From the IMG/VR virus record IMGVR_UViG_3300014309_000036, positions 1 through 42,161 of that record: a stretch of DNA of 42,161 nucleotides; one strand, 5' to 3'. The position numbers were made by a program, and so were the translations under genes. Below, in pieces: positions 36,541-42,161 of this stretch. Source of the DNA: a virus. Its lineage: Duplodnaviria; Caudoviricetes. Within the stretch, counting starts at the first letter, position 1. Each line of letters opens with the position of its first letter. The notes under the pieces were generated by a model, which searched no databases, was not told where the DNA came from, and saw nothing but the letters and a program-made list of their open reading frames with translations.

Positions 36541-36950
36541 CGCATCACGTATCCTAATCGATCGATGGATTTCACCTGCAACTCGGCCGCGTTGCACAGA
36601 CGATCGGCCCTCCACTCGGCGAACTGAGATCGATCGCGAGCCAACTGTATTGCGTCACGTTCCTCCTGGTGCGCTCGCTCTCGCGCGCGCCAGAACTCAC
36701 GCAGGTCCTCTCTGTTCCGTAGGGGCCGGCCCAGCCGTGTGGGGCACGGCTCGCCCTGTATGACGCGATCCAGCCCGTCGTGAGTGAGCGTGTCGCTGCC
36801 AGCGCGTCGCAGCTCGGCGCGCCACTCGCGAGCCAGCGCCGCTGCCTCGTGATCAGTAGGCAAAAACTCGCTACGCTCTGGCTGCGGGTGGTCGCCGTCC
36901 ACAGGATACATGTACACGGGGTATGACAGTGCAACAAATTCGTCTAACAT
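36537..36950 (-). CDS. Hypothetical protein
   Basis: RBS (AAGGTGG) comes from the 3' end of repeat copy B. Confidence 0.65.
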   Translation of the reverse strand: MLDEFVALSYPVYMYPVDGDHPQPERSEFLPTDHEAAALAREWRAELRRAGSDTLTHDGLDRVIQGEPCPTRLGRPLRNREDLREFWRARERAHQEERDAIQLARDRSQFAEWRADRLCNAAELQVKSIDRLGYVMR

Positions 36951-36960
36951 CTTTATGCCA

Positions 36961-37012
36961 CCTTTCACGGCCCCAAGCCCCGCGGCTTGGTAGCGGCGGG
37001 GCGGAAGGGGTC
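36961..37012 (-). repeat. Intergenic hairpin repeat, copy B
   Basis: GACCCCTTCC GCCCCGC C GCT ACCA AGC C GCGGGGC TTGGGGC CGTGAAAGG. Confidence 0.9.
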
Positions 37013-37481
37013 AGCAGTCAATCCCGTAACGATCCATAATAGCGCGAGCCGCAGTCACGTGACTGCGCTTGCGTAGATATGCTGTGACGTAATCGGGGAG
37101 ACCCCGTTGCAGGCGCGACAAATCAGCCTGCGCGGCCGCAAGCTCATCCTCCGCGACCTGCACCGCAGCAGCATGTGCCGCGGCAATCGCGCATAGGTGA
37201 CAGCCGCAAATGAACGGAGCCATAGTCAGGTGTGCTAGTTCTCCCGCAGCCCGCACGTCGGGGTCATGCGAGAAACGGTCCGCCTCGGCTGCGATAGCAG
37301 AATCGATATAGTACGCTTCGCCGCTCGATAACACAGTGCCCGACTGACACTGCCTTACCCCAGGGATAGTGGATACCATAGGCCTAGCGTCCCGCGCAGC
37401 ACGTGCTGCCTGAGCCGCTGCCTGAGCCACGTCTACACGAGATTCAGCGTCGCTAATGGCATTGTTTATAATGTGTGTCAT
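37011..37481 (-). CDS. Hypothetical Ala-rich protein
   Basis: Exactly fills the interval between repeat copies C and B. Confidence 0.65.
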   Translation of the reverse strand: MTHIINNAISDAESRVDVAQAAAQAARAARDARPMVSTIPGVRQCQSGTVLSSGEAYYIDSAIAAEADRFSHDPDVRAAGELAHLTMAPFICGCHLCAIAAAHAAAVQVAEDELAAAQADLSRLQRGLPDYVTAYLRKRSHVTAARAIMDRYGIDC

Positions 37482-37530
37482 TTCAACGACCCAAGCCCCG
37501 CGGTCCGAAGACGGCGGGGCGTGAGGGGTC
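37479..37530 (-). repeat. Intergenic hairpin repeat, copy C
   Basis: GACCCCTCAC GCCCCGC C GTC TTCG GAC C GCGGGGC TTGGGTC GTTGAAATG. Confidence 0.9.
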
Positions 37531-37538
37531 GGTGCGTA

Positions 37539-38087
37539 TCACTCGGACGACAACCGGGCCGCTAGATCGAGACACTGGGCCTCGCTGGCCTCGCCGGCGG
37601 CGGCGCCGGCGGCGTAGTCGGCGGCGTAGGCGGCGCTGGCCCTGGCGGTCAGGGCAGCGGCTCGGGCGGCGTCCCAGGCGACGGCCCGCGAAATGGCGTA
37701 GTCGGCGGCTCGGGCGGCGGCGCAGTCGGCGGCATCTTCTGCCGCGCGCAATTCCTCCTCCGAGGCCTCCCCCCTAGCGTACATTTCGGCCGTCTCCACG
37801 GCGGCCAAGCTACGTGGATCCGGCGCGCTAACCAGAGCTAGTGCTGTGCGAGCGCACCAGCATGCATGCTCTCGGAGGATTCGATCGGACGCCCCGGCCG
37901 CATAGACCATCGACCAGTGCACATCGGCTGCCGGCACGCCGGCGGCTAAAGCCGCCCGGACGGCCTCAACCGTAACGGTCACCCCTTCGGGAGGGACTAG
38001 AGCTAGCAGCCGGTCGGTCCCGTCTGCGGTCCTAAACCAGCAGGCGTCGGCATTGCAGAGGGACTCTCTAGTGATGCGGTATGTCAT
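37539..38087 (-). CDS. Imm5-like Ala-rich phage protein
   Basis: ILREHACWCARTAL...DPRSLAAVETAEMYARGEASEEELRAA followed by Ala-rich repeats. Confidence 0.6.
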   Translation of the reverse strand: MTYRITRESLCNADACWFRTADGTDRLLALVPPEGVTVTVEAVRAALAAGVPAADVHWSMVYAAGASDRILREHACWCARTALALVSAPDPRSLAAVETAEMYARGEASEEELRAAEDAADCAAARAADYAISRAVAWDAARAAALTARASAAYAADYAAGAAAGEASEAQCLDLAARLSSE

Positions 38088-38096
38088 TCTGTGTTA

Positions 38097-38150
38097 CCTC
38101 TCAACGCCCCGAGCCCCTCGGCTCGAAAGCGGAGGGGCGGAAGGGGGGCT
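38097..38150 (-). repeat. Intergenic hairpin repeat, copy D
   Basis: GCCCCCCTTCC GCCCCTC C GCT TTCG AGC C GAGGGGC TCGGGGC GTTGAGAGG. Confidence 0.9.
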
Positions 38151-38160
38151 GGGTGTGGTG

Positions 38161-38334
38161 TCACTCTGTTGGCGACGGGTCGCCAAGAACACGCTGCAGC
38201 CTGCGCAGATTCATTAGAGTTTCGTGCTGAGGATCGCTCCTCGGCAGCGCCTCATATTCACGGACCGCTGCTGCCCTGTCGGCAGCGGTCGGGTACCATC
38301 CCAAGAGTCTCTTCAGTTCCTGATCCTGTTCCAT
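38161..38334 (-). CDS. Small hypothetical protein (57 aa)
   Basis: Start MEQDQELK lies just after repeat copy E, which supplies the RBS. Confidence 0.6.
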   Translation of the reverse strand: MEQDQELKRLLGWYPTAADRAAAVREYEALPRSDPQHETLMNLRRLQRVLGDPSPTE

Positions 38335-38344
38335 GCGATGCCTA

Positions 38345-38396
38345 CCTTTCAACGCCGCGAGCCCCGCGGCTCGAAAGCGGCGGGGCGGAAGGGGTC
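38345..38396 (-). repeat. Intergenic hairpin repeat, copy E
   Basis: GACCCCTTCC GCCCCGC C GCT TTCG AGC C GCGGGGC TCGCGGC GTTGAAAGG. Confidence 0.9.
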
Positions 38397-38404
38397 TAGC
38401 TGAA

Positions 38405-38623
38405 TCAGCCGACGTAGCCTGGCGGCACGGGCCCGGAGCGGGTCTCTCCGAGGTGACGCCAGCCTGCGGTGCGGAAGGCGGCAAGCAGGCTGGTGGAGTA
38501 CTCTTCGTGGGACACGACCACTGAACCTGCGGGTCGGTGAATCATCCGTAGGCCGGGACCGTGCGTCTCGAGGACGAAGGCCACCGTGCCTGACGGCGTG
38601 CTGAATTTGTTGACGATGGTCAT
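38405..38623 (-). CDS. Small hypothetical protein
   Basis: ATGA overlap with the upstream gene; GAGG RBS. Confidence 0.65.
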   Translation of the reverse strand: MTIVNKFSTPSGTVAFVLETHGPGLRMIHRPAGSVVVSHEEYSTSLLAAFRTAGWRHLGETRSGPVPPGYVG

Positions 38624-38976
38624 GGCTCGTCCTCAAGCGCCTCATGAGACGAGCCTGACGTCTTGAGTGCCGAACCGTCATCAAAAAACCATGTAGTTGC
38701 GCCTGATTCCCAATCCTGATCGCGCCGGCTCTCCGGGCACAGTTCGTTTGCCCGCTCCATAGCCTCCGCACATGGGAGCCTCTCTAGCAGCTTTGCGATG
38801 GTCTCTCGCCCGCTCTCGTCCGAGCGGGCCTGCGCCTCTTCAATCACTCGCTCGCACACCATGCGTGCGGGGCGGTTTCCGCGCAGTGCGCGCTCGCACA
38901 GCTTGACCTGAATGTCGTCTCCAGCTGCGCCGGCCTCGTTCATGAGGGATTCGATCTGCTCGTCGGTGATTGCCAT
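38620..38976 (-). CDS. Acidic hypothetical protein, first gene of the early operon
   Basis: AGAGGAG RBS; start MAITDEQI; downstream of P2. Confidence 0.7.
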   Translation of the reverse strand: MAITDEQIESLMNEAGAAGDDIQVKLCERALRGNRPARMVCERVIEEAQARSDESGRETIAKLLERLPCAEAMERANELCPESRRDQDWESGATTWFFDDGSALKTSGSSHEALEDEP

Positions 38977-39017
38977 GAAGTCTCCTCTGTCGTGCCGTGG
39001 TTGGCGTCGACACATTG

Positions 39018-39082
39018 TTTATGGCACTGACCCGTCAGAGCGTCAATCGATATTCGTATCCGCTATGCGCTTTTTTATAAAC
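39018..39082 (-). promoter_or_regulatory. Sigma70-like promoter P2 with palindromic operator
   Basis: TTGACG-17-CATAAA. 39027-39040 (ctgacccgtcagag) is identical to 33934-33947; AT-rich element at 39069-39082. Confidence 0.75.
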
Positions 39083-39088
39083 CCACGT

Positions 39089-41089
39089 TTATACTGCGCT
39101 TTTCGCGAGCATCAATCGCGAGCACTGGGCCCCGTCTACTACTACCCATCCCGCCCCGCTCGGCTCAATGACTCCGGCGTTCAGTAGCAGTGTAAAAGTT
39201 TTCCCACCGTCGGCTGTCGTGGCTTTCCGCGCGGCGTGCTGGGAGTAGCCGTCAGCGAGGAGCAGGCGACGCACTGCAGAGGCCGTCACGTACGGACGCC
39301 CGCATTTTTCCTCACATTCCGAGGCCCACCATGCACGCTCGAACACCCGCACCGCGACGCTCAGATCTGGCTGCTTGCGGTCGTCGGGGGCCGGCTCTGC
39401 TCGCTCCCCGAGCGAGAGGACTAGCGATGTGACGGGCTCGCCGTCTTCATCGACCCTGCCATCCAACTGTATGACGTTATGAACTAAAGTTATGGGCTCA
39501 TGCTCGGGGGAATCCTTGGACTTCTTTTGCTCGACGCTCATCGATCCGTCAGCAGATGCAACGCTAATTTCAATATCGAGCGCACCCTTCCAAGCGCTCG
39601 AACCGCGAGCCCTCCCAGTGTTTCCATGGCCCGTGTGATGGACTAGCAGCACGGCGCACCCGAAATGCTCGGTCAAAGAATTGCACGCTTGGATCATCTG
39701 GCGCGCATCCTCGGCCGAGTTCTCATCGCCGGCAAGGAAGCGATGAAGCGTGTCAACGACTATTAGAGACGGCGGCTTTCCTATCTCTCTTAGGTGGGTG
39801 GCTACATGGGACCACCCGGCAGGCTTATTAAGGTCGACGCCATGGCTAGATATAAAGGCATCGATGTTAGTTATATTGTTATGCTGGGCCCATGCCGCCA
39901 TGCGGACGCGCAGTCCGTAATGCCCTTCGCCGGCGAGGTAGACGACTCGCCCTGTCGCGGTGCGGGAGCCGAGCCAATCGCCCTTACCGCTCGCAATTGA
40001 AAGCGCCCAGTCGAGGGCAAGGAATGTTTTACCCGAGCCCGACGGGCCATGAATCATCATGAGCGATCCTTCTTGAAGCCATCCGCGCACCAGCCATTTG
40101 ACGGGAGGGGGCTCCGTCATCATCGCGCTAGCAGGAATCAGCCAAGTGCTTGTCGGTGGTTCGAGCAACCCGAGCAGGTCGCCCCCCGCTATATAGTAGT
40201 CATTAACATCTCCTATATCAGGGGGCATTATGACGGAAGCGTTTATGAGCGATGACGCTTGGTCGGCGTAGAAGCGGCCAATGCCTTTCTTGTCATTGTC
40301 GGCGACAAGAACGATCTTGCGCTCTTCCCACCGTGCGCGCGCTTGCTGAGCGACAGCCACGAGGTTCGAGGCGGAGAACGAAACAAGGCATTGTTTGCCG
40401 GTCACCTCATGCACCGTGGCCGCCGTAGCGAAACCCTCTGCTATGTACAGCGTACCATCGGCATTGGAGCCAAGCAGATAGCTTTTGCCCTTGGCCTCCC
40501 CGAACGAGTGATATAGTTTCCCGCCGTTGGCGTCTATGTACTGGACGGAGCGAAGCTCTCCGAACTCATCGTGCATCGGCACGATAAGCCTACCGTCACC
40601 GGTGACCCTAGTGCCGTGCGGTTGCACGCGCTTGCGTAATAGGTATGGGTGTTCCTTTGAAGCGGGCGCCGTGTCTCCCCATATGAGAGCGATCGAATTC
40701 TCTGCTACCTCCCGATGGAGCTTGGCCGCTTCCTCCCGCTCTTTCCGCGCTCGCTCAAGCGCGGTTGCTCGTATCATCTCTTCGGCGTGGCTCAGCTGGC
40801 GGCCAATGTCGGCGCGCCAGGTCTCATCGACTCCGGACTTCCAGCAACCGAAGCGCCCCGCTGGCACGCCGTCGCCAAAGGCAACGTACCACCCTGTTTT
40901 CTTTGATCGTTTTCCCCTTCCGAGCGGCGATTTGTCCGCATCGAACCGATGGATCTTGCCGTCAAGAATCACCTCCGCCGGCGGGGCGAGGCCCTCTTGC
41001 TCGATGGCTGCGCGTAGCTGCTTTTCGGGCGGCTCCGGAGGAAGAGGCGCCGCCCATGGCCCGCCAATAACGTTGCTTATATCGCCCAT
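39089..41089 (-). CDS. TOPRIM primase fused to AAA_25 (RepA-like) helicase
   Basis: IAEGFATA and VADND TOPRIM motifs; GPSGSGKT, YLAGEG, IVVDTL, VHHTG, RGSSAW. Start placed at MGDISN. Confidence 0.92.
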   Translation of the reverse strand: MGDISNVIGGPWAAPLPPEPPEKQLRAAIEQEGLAPPAEVILDGKIHRFDADKSPLGRGKRSKKTGWYVAFGDGVPAGRFGCWKSGVDETWRADIGRQLSHAEEMIRATALERARKEREEAAKLHREVAENSIALIWGDTAPASKEHPYLLRKRVQPHGTRVTGDGRLIVPMHDEFGELRSVQYIDANGGKLYHSFGEAKGKSYLLGSNADGTLYIAEGFATAATVHEVTGKQCLVSFSASNLVAVAQQARARWEERKIVLVADNDKKGIGRFYADQASSLINASVIMPPDIGDVNDYYIAGGDLLGLLEPPTSTWLIPASAMMTEPPPVKWLVRGWLQEGSLMMIHGPSGSGKTFLALDWALSIASGKGDWLGSRTATGRVVYLAGEGHYGLRVRMAAWAQHNNITNIDAFISSHGVDLNKPAGWSHVATHLREIGKPPSLIVVDTLHRFLAGDENSAEDARQMIQACNSLTEHFGCAVLLVHHTGHGNTGRARGSSAWKGALDIEISVASADGSMSVEQKKSKDSPEHEPITLVHNVIQLDGRVDEDGEPVTSLVLSLGERAEPAPDDRKQPDLSVAVRVFERAWWASECEEKCGRPYVTASAVRRLLLADGYSQHAARKATTADGGKTFTLLLNAGVIEPSGAGWVVVDGAQCSRLMLAKSAV

Positions 41090-41090
41090 G

Positions 41091-41462
41091 TTACGGCGTA
41101 AGATGCTCAATTAAAACTGAGGCTATGCGCGAGCACTCGTATATTTCTTCTTTTGAGAGATTATCAAACGCCTTCCCTTTATATAGCATGTATCTTCTTA
41201 TGTCTGATGCTTTTTGATACAGCTCTTTCCATGCGTTCCACTTGGCGACCGACTCCTTTATATCGTCCGTCCACGGGATGAGACGTTGCCGGCCTCCTCT
41301 CTTAAGCAACGTTCTCCGGCTCCACTTGGATCCATCATCAAGAACAATGGTATGTTTAAGAATCCTATCTATTCTATGTAATCCGTCATATTCGCAATCT
41401 TCAGAATCTTGCGAATATGATGTTATAAACGTAACAAGGTCTCCAACTTTAAACTGAGTCAT
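41091..41462 (-). CDS. Hypothetical protein (visibly AT-rich)
   Basis: FKVGDLV N-terminus; 123 aa. Confidence 0.65.
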   Translation of the reverse strand: MTQFKVGDLVTFITSYSQDSEDCEYDGLHRIDRILKHTIVLDDGSKWSRRTLLKRGGRQRLIPWTDDIKESVAKWNAWKELYQKASDIRRYMLYKGKAFDNLSKEEIYECSRIASVLIEHLTP

Positions 41463-42000
41463 AATCCTCTATATCTATTCCGCATGCCGCCAGCACGCTC
41501 CCGAGGGGCAGCCACACTTGCCAGGGTCGTTCGCCTGGCAACGGCTTGCGCTGGCGAGTGAAGATGCGCCCAACGCCTGGGCGCGCTTGCCCGTATTCAG
41601 CGGTTGATACCAAGTCGGGTTCTTCCGTAGTAACGCATACGACATGCGCGTCTGACGTGTCTGTCTTGGTCCACCGAATAAGGACGTCGCCACCGTCTAT
41701 TGAGAGTCCGGTTATGTCGCCTGGCACTATAACCCTAGCGTCAAGCCAATATGCGATCCTGCCCACGTTGACGCCAGGCTTCCACCTGCGGGCAGCGCCG
41801 TCGTCCCTGTTAAGGCGCGAATGCCTGAGCCCTAGCTCCCAATACATATAATGGGCAAGGTCTGCGCACCCTGAGTAATTTTTGATTGACTGATACCGCC
41901 CCTGGCACACCTCTTTGCATTGCCATGACTTTATATCCGCAGGAGTAACCCTATCCAATATCGCAACCGCGCGCTTGCGGTACTCATGAAGCGTCGCCAT
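41449..42000 (-). CDS. NlpC/P60- or CHAP-like cysteine hydrolase candidate
   Basis: SGCADLAHYMY (Cys), GDVLI, HVVCV (His), STAEYG. Start at ATG 42000, coupled to the junction ORF. Confidence 0.5.
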   Translation of the reverse strand: MATLHEYRKRAVAILDRVTPADIKSWQCKEVCQGRYQSIKNYSGCADLAHYMYWELGLRHSRLNRDDGAARRWKPGVNVGRIAYWLDARVIVPGDITGLSIDGGDVLIRWTKTDTSDAHVVCVTTEEPDLVSTAEYGQARPGVGRIFTRQRKPLPGERPWQVWLPLGSVLAACGIDIEDYDSV

Positions 42001-42038
42001 TAGAACGGAACCGGTAGCTCGATTACCCATTCGTCGCA

Positions 42039-42161
42039 CCGCTCCACTTCATCGGCGAACCCCGGTGGGGGCTTACGGTGGAAGCGATAGCACTTTCCAT
42101 CAGGCCCGAAGTGGTCGCAAGTATGACAACACTTAGGCGGGTTATACGCCACCTTGATTAG
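42039..42161. repeat. Terminal direct overlap, copy of 1-123
   Basis: Exact match to the window start. Confidence 0.95.

Noticed and set aside
37560-37760. GC-rich ggcggc-type repeats as a DNA repeat element
   Set aside because: They are explained by the Ala-rich low-complexity coding sequence of the Imm5-like gene.
34701-38396. Hairpin repeats as canonical integron attC sites (GTTRRR at the 3' end, one gene per unit)
   Set aside because: There is no complementary RYYYAAC at the 5' end, copy B lacks GTT, and no tyrosine recombinase was recognised in the genome.
34701-38396. Hairpin repeats as intrinsic terminators or self-cleaving ribozymes
   Set aside because: No U tract follows on either strand, and I could not find hammerhead, twister, pistol or HDV core motifs by eye.
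323-41851. Plus-strand ORFs in the track (for example 13193-14074, 24906-25646, 30737-31435)
   Set aside because: They are antisense shadows of well-supported minus-strand genes and show no recognisable motifs.

Overview
The window looks like a complete circularised dsDNA phage genome of about 42,038 bp; positions 1-123 are repeated at 42039-42161. Every supportable gene is on the minus strand. Gene content suggests a podovirus-like, probably lytic phage. It has a packaging and head module (TerS-like, TerL, portal, scaffold, major capsid), adaptor, nozzle and fibre genes, three large probable ejection proteins, a GT2 glycosyltransferase and a GroES-like protein. It also has a replication/recombination module (Sak4-like ATPase, DUF669 SSB, Cas4-like nuclease, SF2 helicase, TOPRIM-AAA_25 primase-helicase). 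I recognised no integrase, DNA polymerase or tRNA. The most unusual part is the early accessory region (about 33.9-39.1 kb), which has three linked signals. (1) Five copies of a ~50-nt intergenic hairpin with compensatory base changes sit between small unknown genes like cassette boundaries. (2) A solitary type I-G-like CRISPR repeat is followed by a 33-nt spacer-length segment and a terminator, which resembles a crRNA mimic or RNA anti-CRISPR. (3) Three sigma70-like promoters share a palindromic operator or its half-site. All family calls come from motif recognition by eye, not from database searches.
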